Of a DNA stretch of 64,000 nt, positions 54,610 to 63,376 are shown in pieces. Made by a program: the position numbers and the translations under genes. A model generated the notes under the pieces. It was not told where the DNA came from. It did no database searches and worked only from the letters and a program-made list of their open reading frames with translations. Source of the DNA: a virus (lineage: Duplodnaviria > Caudoviricetes); IMG/VR virus record IMGVR_UViG_3300020371_000002; one strand, written 5' to 3'. Each line of letters starts with the position of its first letter. Position 1 is the first letter of the stretch.

Positions 54610-55878
54610 TTACTTTACGCAAGAGGTACATACATGTGCCAGTTCTGGAAGATGTTCAAAGTACCCAAAGTCAAACACGGCATCGAGTTCCCAGATAAAC
54701 ATTGGGTGAGCAATGGGAGATGTAGTCCAAGGGTCATCCATCTGCACCGCGCCCTCTAAAGTAAAGTCTTGGGACATACAGATCTTCATAAACTCAGATC
54801 CTTGAACTTGATTCAGGGATACCTCAGAAGCCCAATCCCAGAAAGGAGTCTTATGAATACTTCCTCTATGGTAATGAAAAGCAATGAAGTCTCGGAATGA
54901 ACTCAGATATGTAGTGTACTGATTATTCAATTCATCTTCCGACATATCATATGTGAAATACTCAACCGCCAAAGTGGCAAGGGTTGTGTAGAGAGGAACT
55001 CCATATCCGTGAAGAGGTTCATATGTATAGAGAGCATTTCCATTTCTTAGAATTCTTCCATCAACAAACTTCTTTGAGTGATAATGGGGCCAACTAAAAG
55101 ACTTTACGTTATCTCTAAGTTTATCGTAATCAATATGTTGTCTGGGAATCCTATGTTCTCTAAGGAATCTATGTGAGTCCTCAATGGCCTCTTCTTTGGT
55201 AGTAACCTTATTATTGTATAGGTATCCCCAACTACTCCTGTTACTAACTGGTATACCAAACATCCAACCATTTGGATGGGCAATGTGATAGGTCCATTCC
55301 CAGTCTCCTGGTTTATCACAGACGTTTATGATAGCAGAATTAATTACAATCGATTCTGGGCTCTCATATGTATCATCAAATTCCTGTGGTATACCTCTAC
55401 AGTCAATAATATAATGATATTCGTGCGTCTCTCCATTCATAGAGAGATATGCCCTTTTAGAGTCCTGCCAAAACCTATCTACAGTACCATGAACTTCTTT
55501 AAACTTGTGTCCCCAATAATGTTTGAGTCTTGGCAGTACAAATGATCTCCAAGAATATGTGTCAGCGTGTACTCCTTGACAAGACAAAGACAGATACCCG
55601 TTGAGACTCTCAGGAAAGTTCTGAGACTCGCACCAGTCCACAAGGGCAACACCATGTTTGATTGTGGCATTTACTTCCTTCATATCAAAGGGAAACTGGA
55701 ACTGCAACGCTCCCCTTAGTAACTGAACGAAGTCATGCGAAAGACTTTCTCCCACGCCAATAATAGGAGAATTAGGATCGTGAATAAGATCTATTTTTAA
55801 ATTCTCTGGAGATCTGGAACACATCACCATAGCCGTGACTAGCCCTCCAGTTCCTCCACCAATGACAGCAATTTTCAT
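54610..55878 (-). CDS. tryptophan halogenase-like flavoprotein (PrnA-like)
   Basis: GGGTGG FAD motif, IGVGES, HPNGWMFGIP, GNA..TYEPL. Confidence 0.85.
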   Translation of the reverse strand: MKIAVIGGGTGGLVTAMVMCSRSPENLKIDLIHDPNSPIIGVGESLSHDFVQLLRGALQFQFPFDMKEVNATIKHGVALVDWCESQNFPESLNGYLSLSCQGVHADTYSWRSFVLPRLKHYWGHKFKEVHGTVDRFWQDSKRAYLSMNGETHEYHYIIDCRGIPQEFDDTYESPESIVINSAIINVCDKPGDWEWTYHIAHPNGWMFGIPVSNRSSWGYLYNNKVTTKEEAIEDSHRFLREHRIPRQHIDYDKLRDNVKSFSWPHYHSKKFVDGRILRNGNALYTYEPLHGYGVPLYTTLATLAVEYFTYDMSEDELNNQYTTYLSSFRDFIAFHYHRGSIHKTPFWDWASEVSLNQVQGSEFMKICMSQDFTLEGAVQMDDPWTTSPIAHPMFIWELDAVFDFGYFEHLPELAHVCTSCVK

Positions 55879-55884
55879 AGTGAA

Positions 55885-55952
55885 CCTGGCCAACGAAAAA
55901 AAGCCCAGAATTTTTTTCCGAGCTTTTTTGGAATCAAAGTCCGTTTTTGGTA
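55885..55952 (-). repeat. repeat copy 2: terminator-like hairpin plus leader
   Basis: 35-nt core identical to 36979-37013, with similar flanks. Confidence 0.85.
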
Positions 55953-56098
55953 CGGCCTCCCTCTTTAGTTTTGTTATACACTATGATCTCATTTCCATCA
56001 TGGGTGAAGACGAGTTCATCATCATGGTCCCAACAAAGTTCTTCGTAGAGAGCATTGAGTTTCTCCATGTCTTCATAGAGAGCGTTAGGGTTAGGCAT
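55934..56098 (-). CDS. conserved hypothetical protein, 54 aa (not in track)
   Basis: MPNPNALYEDMEKLNALYEELCWDHDDELVF... Confidence 0.7.
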   Translation of the reverse strand: MPNPNALYEDMEKLNALYEELCWDHDDELVFTHDGNEIIVYNKTKEGGRTKNGL

Positions 56099-56132
56099 AA
56101 TGTATACTACTTAATGCTTGAATCTAACATAT

Positions 56133-56258
56133 TTAGATGGGGTTGTAAACGGGTTGCATCAACCCACCACCTTGATCATCATCGTCGTCAGTTTTATCAG
56201 CAAAGACGACTGACCATAATATGAATGATCCAATCAGCGATGCTGCTAAAACTAACAT
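56133..56258 (-). CDS. 41-aa membrane peptide
   Basis: MLVLAASLIGSFILWSVVFADKTDDDDDQGGGLMQPVYNPI. Confidence 0.65.
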   Translation of the reverse strand: MLVLAASLIGSFILWSVVFADKTDDDDDQGGGLMQPVYNPI

Positions 56259-56365
56259 TACCAAACTCCTGGGATGAGTTGTCCTGTGGTTGCATAAGAA
56301 CCAAATGCTGCAACGATACCGATCATTGCTGCCCAACCGTTAAACTTTTCTGCTTCTGGTGTCAT
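56258..56365 (-). CDS. hli: high-light-inducible protein, 35 aa (not in track)
   Basis: MTPEAEKFNGWAAMIGIVAAFGSYATTGQLIPGVW; AExxNGxxAMxG motif. Confidence 0.92.
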   Translation of the reverse strand: MTPEAEKFNGWAAMIGIVAAFGSYATTGQLIPGVW

Positions 56366-56384
56366 TGTAAATCTCCTGTGTGGT

Positions 56385-56594
56385 TTAAACTAATCCGAAA
56401 AATAGGTTACCAGTGAAGGTATATGAGATTGCTCCGAAGAGAATACCCATCATTGCTGCACGTCCGTTCCAAAGTTCTGCTTTTTCAGCATGAGTTTGGT
56501 ATCCGTAACGTTCTGCATCTGTTTTAGAAACCCACATTTGTGGTTCCTTAGCGAACATGTTCTGTTGTCCGTACTCGTTTGTTGTAACAGTCAT
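56385..56594 (-). CDS. hli: high-light-inducible protein
   Basis: NMFAKEP...AELWNGRAAMMG. Confidence 0.95.
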   Translation of the reverse strand: MTVTTNEYGQQNMFAKEPQMWVSKTDAERYGYQTHAEKAELWNGRAAMMGILFGAISYTFTGNLFFGLV

Positions 56595-56632
56595 GATACA
56601 AATGTGTCCCTTATGTAACGAATTACTACATA

Positions 56633-56671
56633 ATTATATAGGAAACGTAAAGTTTTGTCAACAAAGTTAAC
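56633..56671 (-). promoter_or_regulatory. consensus sigma70 promoter TTGACA-17-TATAAT with HLR1-like direct repeats
   Basis: GTTAACTT-TG-TTGACAAA-AC-TTTACGTT at 10-nt period across the -35. Confidence 0.75.
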
Positions 56672-59075
56672 AATCGATTTTCCAGATTCTCTGACAATAA
56701 TCCTTGATAGATCTGTCTGAAGAGAAGAACCCAGATCTGGCAATGTTTTTCAGTGATTTCTTATACCAATCTTTTCTGTCAACCCAGTTCTCACTAACTT
56801 GATCTTGTACAGAAACATAGTGTTCTAGGTCAGCCAAAACAAAGAATGGATCGTGATTAATAATGTTGTCTAATAGGTCCGAGAAAAGATTCTGATCACC
56901 GTGACTAAAATGTCCAACTCTAATCAGATTTAATGCCTCTTCAATCTCATGGTTGAGGAAATTCCTTGGATAGTATCCATTGGATTGTAACTGACCAATC
57001 TCTTCCTCATTCTTACCAAACAAGAAGAAGTTTTCTTCACCTACAAGGTCACGGATCTCTACGTTAGCACCATCAAGTGTACCAATAGTCAAAGCACCGT
57101 TCATCTGGAACTTCATATTACCTGTACCAGATGCTTCCTTACCTGCGGTAGAGATCTGTTCTGATAGATCTGCGGCAGGGTAAACCAACTCACCCAACTT
57201 GACACTATAGTTTGGAAGGAATACAACTTTGAGTTTACCCTCCATGTCTGGGTCAGAATTAATTACCTCAGCAAGACAATTAATAAAGTGGATGATCTGT
57301 TTGGCCATGTAATATCCAGGTGCAGCTTTACCACCAAAGATTACGGTTCTGGGAACATAACTGGCACCATTCTTAATGCGAAGGTATTGAATAACAACTT
57401 CAAGAGCCTTCAGGTGTTGTCTCTTGTACTCATGAATCCTCTTCACATGAACATCAAACATACTAGAAGGATCTACAAGTACACCAAGATTATTATTGAT
57501 GTAAGAAGCAAGTTTATGTTTTCCAATCAGTTTGGTCTCTGCAATCTTCTCTAGAAGATTAGAATCATCCTGTTGTTCTTCCAGTTTCCTAAGGATATCC
57601 ATGTTGGTTACCCACTCAGGTCCAACAGCATCATCTAAAACCTCAGCGAGTGGTTGATTACATGACTTCAACCAACGTCGTGGAGTCACACCATTAGTAA
57701 CGTTCTCGAACTTGTGTGGCCACAAATCATAGAACTCTGGCATCAACTGACTCTTAACCAACTCAGAGTGGAGAACTGCAACACCATTCACATGGTGAGA
57801 TCCAACAGTTGCAAGGTGAGCCATTCGTACAGACTTGTTACCATCTTCACAGATGATAGAGAGTTTAGAAAGCATCTCAGAATCGCCAGGATACTTCAAT
57901 CTAACTACCTGTAGGAACCTCTCATTGATCTCGTAGATGATCTCTAGGTGACGAGGCAGGAGTTCTTCGAACATACTAACGTCCCACTTCTCTAACGCCT
58001 CAGGCAGGAGTGTATGGTTGGTATATGCAATCGACTTACTTGTAACACTCCATGCTGTATCCCAGTCCAACTGATGTTCATCAATCAACAGTCTCATCAA
58101 CTCTGCGACAGCAATAGATGGATGAGTATCATTGAGTTGCAGTGTATAGTAATCTGCAAAATCAGTTACAGGAACACCCCTCTTGATAAGAGACATCAAC
58201 ATGTCCTGAATAGAACAACTCACAAAGAAGAATTGTTGTTTCAGTCTCAACTGGCGTCCTGCATCTGTTCCATCGTTAGGGTACAGAACCTTAGAGATAG
58301 TCTCAGAACGAACACTCTCTTCTACAGATCCAAGATAGTCTCCCTGATTGAAAGCACCAAAGTCAAATATATCTTTAGCATCGGCTCTCCAGAGTCTTAA
58401 CTTATTACACCCGTTTTTATATCCCACCTGAAGAACGTCATAAGGAACACCCTCAACAATCTGAGAGGGAACCCAACGACTTTTATATGTGCCATCAGTG
58501 GATGAAGTATAGTGTTCTACCTTACCACCGAATCCAACTGTACGAGTGTCATCAGGGTAGGCAAGTTCCCAAGGCCATCCACCATGCAACCAGTTATCAG
58601 TAACCTCATACTGTTGATTATCAGAAATGACCTGTTTAAAGATACCAAATTTATATCTAATACCGTATCCAATAGCAGGTACTTCTAGAGTCGATAGAGA
58701 CTCCATATAACATGCAGCCAGACGACCAAGACCTCCATTACCCAGTCCAGGTTCCTCTGACTTCTCTAGAACCTCCTCAAGGGTAAGATCATACTGTTCT
58801 AATGCTTGTCTGGCTTCCTCTTGAATACCAAGGTTGACAAGATTATTTCCTAACTGTGGTCCAATCAAAAATTCTGCGGACAAGTATGCAACTTGTTTTG
58901 TATTCTCAGACTTGGCTAACTGATTCAGATGAAGATCCATCATCCGATCCCTTACTGCATAACAGAGTGCCATATAAAAATCATATGCACTTGCAGTATC
59001 GACACGTTTTCCTAGAGTATAAAAGATATGTTGTCCAATACTGTCTAGGAGTTCATTCTTATTAGTTGTGGTCAT
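56667..59075 (-). CDS. glgP: glycogen/alpha-glucan phosphorylase (GT35)
   Basis: GLGNGGLGRLAACY, QLNDTHP, KRIHEYKRQ, EASGTGNMKF...TLDGANVE (PLP Lys); 802 aa, full length. Confidence 0.96.
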   Translation of the reverse strand: MTTTNKNELLDSIGQHIFYTLGKRVDTASAYDFYMALCYAVRDRMMDLHLNQLAKSENTKQVAYLSAEFLIGPQLGNNLVNLGIQEEARQALEQYDLTLEEVLEKSEEPGLGNGGLGRLAACYMESLSTLEVPAIGYGIRYKFGIFKQVISDNQQYEVTDNWLHGGWPWELAYPDDTRTVGFGGKVEHYTSSTDGTYKSRWVPSQIVEGVPYDVLQVGYKNGCNKLRLWRADAKDIFDFGAFNQGDYLGSVEESVRSETISKVLYPNDGTDAGRQLRLKQQFFFVSCSIQDMLMSLIKRGVPVTDFADYYTLQLNDTHPSIAVAELMRLLIDEHQLDWDTAWSVTSKSIAYTNHTLLPEALEKWDVSMFEELLPRHLEIIYEINERFLQVVRLKYPGDSEMLSKLSIICEDGNKSVRMAHLATVGSHHVNGVAVLHSELVKSQLMPEFYDLWPHKFENVTNGVTPRRWLKSCNQPLAEVLDDAVGPEWVTNMDILRKLEEQQDDSNLLEKIAETKLIGKHKLASYINNNLGVLVDPSSMFDVHVKRIHEYKRQHLKALEVVIQYLRIKNGASYVPRTVIFGGKAAPGYYMAKQIIHFINCLAEVINSDPDMEGKLKVVFLPNYSVKLGELVYPAADLSEQISTAGKEASGTGNMKFQMNGALTIGTLDGANVEIRDLVGEENFFLFGKNEEEIGQLQSNGYYPRNFLNHEIEEALNLIRVGHFSHGDQNLFSDLLDNIINHDPFFVLADLEHYVSVQDQVSENWVDRKDWYKKSLKNIARSGFFSSDRSIKDYCQRIWKIDC

Positions 59076-59077
59076 GG

Positions 59078-59674
59078 TTAGTTAGTGATAGAAGGCAAAT
59101 CGAATTTGTACCATCCTGTTGCGATGTACTTCTTCTGTGTTTCGGAAATTTGACTCTTGTGTGTATGAGTCCAGTAGGCAGGCCAAATAACTGCACGTCC
59201 TGCAACTGCTTCAATAATAGTTTCTTGTTCTAAAAACATAGTTCCCCCATCAGGAACGTCATTCAAATAAATCATCCATACCAGAATCCTATTAGTTCCT
59301 GATACTGAATCGGGATAATCCTCCCACCCACCTTGTTCACAATGCCATCCTTTGAATCCACCGCCAGGTTGATACATCTGGATGTTGTACTTATGATCTA
59401 GACTCCACTCATCACTAACATTGGCGACACCAGGGTGTTGTTCAATGTACTCACCTGTAAGTTCGATAAGTTTTTCTTTAAGTATTAGATCACAAGCATC
59501 TTCAGTATTGAAAGACTTGCACCAATCAGTAGAATCTTTCCATGCCTTGTTAGCATCATAAGACCCCTGAGTTACCCCAGGGGTAAATTCACCATGATTA
59601 ATGTGAAACAATTTTATTAATCGTTCACACTCTTTTGGTGTTAAAACATTATCCTTCACATATGTGAACTTCAT
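59078..59674 (-). CDS. 2OG-Fe(II) oxygenase
   Basis: WHCE...RILVWMIYLNDV..GGTMF...WPAYWTHTH...KYIATGW. Confidence 0.88.
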   Translation of the reverse strand: MKFTYVKDNVLTPKECERLIKLFHINHGEFTPGVTQGSYDANKAWKDSTDWCKSFNTEDACDLILKEKLIELTGEYIEQHPGVANVSDEWSLDHKYNIQMYQPGGGFKGWHCEQGGWEDYPDSVSGTNRILVWMIYLNDVPDGGTMFLEQETIIEAVAGRAVIWPAYWTHTHKSQISETQKKYIATGWYKFDLPSITN

Positions 59675-59841
59675 GCATTCAGTCTCTCTTCAATCGCGAG
59701 CAATGTTTCATATGGAATCCATGCAGGTTCCTCATCTTTGAATTGAACCTCCACTTCTTTTACATTTTTCTGTAGCCACTTTGAGTACACAACACGAGTG
59801 TTTTGTACATAGGAAATAGGATTCATGTAACTATTTTTCAT
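59671..59841 (-). CDS. hypothetical protein, 56 aa (not in track)
   Basis: ...VKEVEVQFKDEEPAWIPYETL. Confidence 0.65.
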   Translation of the reverse strand: MKNSYMNPISYVQNTRVVYSKWLQKNVKEVEVQFKDEEPAWIPYETLLAIEERLNA

Positions 59842-59859
59842 TTGGTTCTATCCTATCAC

Positions 59860-60888
59860 TTATCGGACATCATGTCCACCAAACATGTAACGCATACCAT
59901 TCAAGATTTTGTTTGCATATCTTCCTAACTTTCTCGAATTAAATCGTTCAAAGAGAGCAGCAGATATAACAGGAGTGGGCACGCCGAGGTCCACAGCAGC
60001 ATGAAGAGTCCAACGACCTTCACCACTATCGCTGACACCCCCGTCAAACTTGTTGAGATCGTCATTATCGTGGCGTAATACATCAGCGGTAAGGTCAAGT
60101 AACCAGCTACCAACAACAGAACCACGACGCCAAAGCTCAGCAACCTCAGTAGTATCAATGTCGTACTGATAATCTTCGGGGTGTTCCATGGGAGCGACCT
60201 CGGCATCGCCTTCCACCACATAACTTCTTCCTGCATTTGCCTCATGAAGTAGGTTAAAACCTTCCGCATAAGCTTGCATGATTCCATATTCAACTCCGTT
60301 ATGGACCATCTTTACGAAGTGACCTGCGCCTGGTGGTCCACAATGTAACCAACCAAATTCTGCACTAGTTGATGTTGTGTATGGATCTGTTCTGGGTGCT
60401 GCACCCATGCCAGGTGAAAGAGCCCTGAAAATGGGGGCACAAACAGATACTGCCACACTTGAACCACCAACCATAAGACAGTATCCACGCTCCAAACCAA
60501 ACACACCACCGCTAGTACCGCAGTCAATAAATTGGATACCCAAGTTTTCCAAGAATTTTGCCCTGCGTCTACTGTCTTTAAAATTGGAATTGCCATGATC
60601 AATAATAATATCTCCACTGCTAAGTAATGGTAGTAACTCATTGATTGTCTCCTCTACGTTTTCTGCAGGGACAACCAACTGAAAAATACCATTCTCCAGT
60701 CCTCCCTTCTTTACCTCCTGTACAAGTAATGGAATGTCAGTGGTAACTCCACTAACATAACCCTTTTCATATGCCTCTTGGGCCTTTTGGTAGTTGCGGC
60801 GATAACCCCAAACTTCAATACCTTCTTTCATCATGCGGCGAGACATGCCCTCGCCCATTCTCCCTAGTCCGATGATACCGACTCTCAT
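59860..60888 (-). CDS. gnd: 6-phosphogluconate dehydrogenase (decarboxylating)
   Basis: GIIGLGRMG, IDHGNS, DCGTSGG, GHFVKMVHNGVEYG, DSGEGRW; start MRVGII. Confidence 0.97.
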   Translation of the reverse strand: MRVGIIGLGRMGEGMSRRMMKEGIEVWGYRRNYQKAQEAYEKGYVSGVTTDIPLLVQEVKKGGLENGIFQLVVPAENVEETINELLPLLSSGDIIIDHGNSNFKDSRRRAKFLENLGIQFIDCGTSGGVFGLERGYCLMVGGSSVAVSVCAPIFRALSPGMGAAPRTDPYTTSTSAEFGWLHCGPPGAGHFVKMVHNGVEYGIMQAYAEGFNLLHEANAGRSYVVEGDAEVAPMEHPEDYQYDIDTTEVAELWRRGSVVGSWLLDLTADVLRHDNDDLNKFDGGVSDSGEGRWTLHAAVDLGVPTPVISAALFERFNSRKLGRYANKILNGMRYMFGGHDVR

Positions 60889-60889
60889 T

Positions 60890-62218
60890 TTAAGCTCCTG
60901 GATAATCCCATTTTGTAATTGACTGATGCCCTTTTGGTCCCCACTCACCTGAGAAGTATGGGGACGGTTTCGTGTCTATTCTACATGCCTCTCCCTGGCA
61001 TAGAAGATCATCTACAATCCTCCAAGATTCTAAAACCTCTTCGGAGTGAACAAAGTGTGATTGATCTCCATGGATGGCGTCATATAATAATTTGACATAA
61101 CCATCACTTGCATTCTCTGTCGGATACTGATGCGACAGGACTGCCGTTTGTACCTTGTCCTCAAGACCAGGCGATTTAATATCGATGCTAATATTGAGTG
61201 AAGGATTTGGTTGAATACGAATATAAATTTTATCTTCGTAATCATGTCCTTGAAATAGATGCAATGGTGGTTGTTTCAATTTAATAACAACCTCAGCACA
61301 TCTCATAGGCATCTTCTTACCTGTCAAGAAGTAGAAGGGAACACCCTTCCATCTCCAATTATCTATGTAGATATCGCCAGCACTGTATGTGGCAGTCTGT
61401 GACGACTCTTTAACACCTTCTTCTTCTCTGTACCCAACATACTGACCAGAGGTAAGTTTTTCACCAAGTCTGGCAGCAGCAAGAACTTTAACTTTCTCTC
61501 TACGAATTTCTCTTGCACTATTTCTGCAAGGTGGTTCCATTGCAATCAACGAAAGTATTTGCAGCATATGATTCTGCAACATATCACGGACTGCACCAGC
61601 ACCTTCATAGTATTGAGATCTACCTTCACATCCGATAGTCTCGGTCGCAAAGATCTGCACCTCACTCACATAGTTTCTGTTCCAGAGAGGTTCCAATAAT
61701 GTATTAGAGAATCTCGTAGCAAGTATATTATTGACCGTATCTTTGCCAAGATAATGATCAATACGATAGACCTGTTTCTCACGGAGATGTTCAGACACTA
61801 CCTGCTGAAGATTCTCAGCAGATTTCAAGTCATGTCCAAACGGTTTCTCAATAACCACCCTAGACTTATCAATGTCATCTAGACATCCAGCCAACTTCAA
61901 ATGTTTAATTCCATCTGCATACTTTTCTGGTGGTACAGAAAGAAAGTATGTGGTATTGCAATCAAATTTAAGAACACCTAAAGACTCAGGTCTACTGAGA
62001 TTGACAGGTTTATAGTCCATCAAGTCTTGAAATGCCTTAGGGTACTCCCCAATCTTCTCAAACCATTCGTATCTCTTGAGAACAGTTCGAGATGCACCAA
62101 TAATTTTAAAGTTTCTGGGGAGAAGTTTCCTCAGCCAGAGTTCATACAAAGAAGGTATTAGTTTACGGCGACAGAGATCTCCCGTCGCACCGAAAATTAC
62201 TATGCAATTATCCATCAA
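60890..62218 (-). CDS. zwf: glucose-6-phosphate dehydrogenase
   Basis: GATGDL, EKPFG, RIDHYLGK, RDMLQNH, NWRWKGVPF. Confidence 0.97.
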   Translation of the reverse strand: MMDNCIVIFGATGDLCRRKLIPSLYELWLRKLLPRNFKIIGASRTVLKRYEWFEKIGEYPKAFQDLMDYKPVNLSRPESLGVLKFDCNTTYFLSVPPEKYADGIKHLKLAGCLDDIDKSRVVIEKPFGHDLKSAENLQQVVSEHLREKQVYRIDHYLGKDTVNNILATRFSNTLLEPLWNRNYVSEVQIFATETIGCEGRSQYYEGAGAVRDMLQNHMLQILSLIAMEPPCRNSAREIRREKVKVLAAARLGEKLTSGQYVGYREEEGVKESSQTATYSAGDIYIDNWRWKGVPFYFLTGKKMPMRCAEVVIKLKQPPLHLFQGHDYEDKIYIRIQPNPSLNISIDIKSPGLEDKVQTAVLSHQYPTENASDGYVKLLYDAIHGDQSHFVHSEEVLESWRIVDDLLCQGEACRIDTKPSPYFSGEWGPKGHQSITKWDYPGA

Positions 62219-62499
62219 TTACGCCACTGAATACCATCACCACTCAAAGGATCCCATGGAGCCTGTTGAGCAAACATAAGACTCAAAATCGTATAACAGA
62301 TCAACCATACGATATTGATGAACATGTTTTGTTGAAATGCGAACCTTCTAAATCGCATGGCACCAATCTTGGCATTATCTGAGGCAGTCTCAGATCGTAG
62401 AACAACTTGTTCAATGACCAGAGATACAAGAAAGATTCCTGCAAGTGGTAACCACCAAAAATTGGCAAAACTTAGAATGTATAAAAGAATTACTTTCAT
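62215..62499 (-). CDS. hypothetical membrane protein
   Basis: two hydrophobic segments. Confidence 0.6.
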   Translation of the reverse strand: MKVILLYILSFANFWWLPLAGIFLVSLVIEQVVLRSETASDNAKIGAMRFRRFAFQQNMFINIVWLICYTILSLMFAQQAPWDPLSGDGIQWRN

Positions 62500-62732
62500 C
62501 CTTTGACTTCTCTTTGGAAATATTCGGGGAGTGGACACCCCTTAAATCTATTAATCTCGTCCACTGCTAATACAAACATAGTACAAAAACCAAGGCAAAA
62601 TGCAAATAACATTTGAGGAAAGTTATAGTTCCCCATATATGCTGTGGGATCAGGTTCGTCATCATGCGGATGCATGTGTCTTGCGATCCTTTCTGTTTCT
62701 TTTTTTCTCTCTTCCTCGGTTTTCTTTGACAT
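62496..62732 (-). CDS. conserved cyanophage membrane protein
   Basis: HPHDDEPDP...FPQMLFAFCLGF...FKGCP.PEYF. Confidence 0.65.
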   Translation of the reverse strand: MSKKTEEERKKETERIARHMHPHDDEPDPTAYMGNYNFPQMLFAFCLGFCTMFVLAVDEINRFKGCPLPEYFQREVKG

Positions 62733-62733
62733 G

Positions 62734-62817
62734 TTAACCTCGGTATCTACCTGGCCATGTTAACTGCATTCCAGAAACTAACAATAGAATAAATGCAAAT
62801 GCAAACAATACACTCAT
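62734..62817 (-). CDS. 27-aa membrane peptide (not in track)
   Basis: MSVLFAFAFILLLVSGMQLTWPGRYRG; coupled to the ptox stop. Confidence 0.5.
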   Translation of the reverse strand: MSVLFAFAFILLLVSGMQLTWPGRYRG

Positions 62818-63317
62818 TTGATCATCTCAATTGCTTTATGTAGTTCTCTTGAATGCTCTAGTTCATCATTTAAGATCTCAAGGATCTTATCATCATGACC
62901 ATTCAAAGCAAGATACTTAGCATAAGTCTCTGCTGCATGGATCTCTACTTCGTAGGAGAGATGGTAAGCAGCGCGAGGAGCCACCCAATAATAAACCACA
63001 TTGACCCAATAGTAGATAAGTACAAGGTGTCGGGCGAAAAAGCGATCAATCCAATAAGAATTGCCACCCCGACTTTCCATATACTCCAGATGTTCTGTTT
63101 CGTTAAGAGTCTGAGCAAAATGTTCCTCCATCAAATAGATGTGTTCTGGACCTCGTAAACCCATAGATTCTCTCAAGTGCAACACACTTAAGAATGCAAA
63201 GTATGGTGCCCGAGCAATCTCCTCTAGTACCCAAAAACGTTGATAATCCCTCCCTCTGTATAAGAAATCAATGATTGCGACTGTGATGTTTAATGTGATC
63301 TCGTTGAAGCGTTGCAT
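62814..63317 (-). CDS. ptox: plastoquinol terminal oxidase
   Basis: RFWVLEEIARAPYF, NETEHL, EVEIHA.ETY, DELEH di-iron ligands. Confidence 0.95.
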   Translation of the reverse strand: MQRFNEITLNITVAIIDFLYRGRDYQRFWVLEEIARAPYFAFLSVLHLRESMGLRGPEHIYLMEEHFAQTLNETEHLEYMESRGGNSYWIDRFFARHLVLIYYWVNVVYYWVAPRAAYHLSYEVEIHAAETYAKYLALNGHDDKILEILNDELEHSRELHKAIEMIK

Positions 63318-63376
63318 AAGCAGGGCCTCTTAGGAATAATCCTATTATATCTAGGTATTTTCACTAGTGTGAATTG

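Noticed and set aside
60889-60948. N-terminal extension of gnd
   Set aside because: Overlaps the zwf 3' end; the Rossmann motif starts at MRVGII
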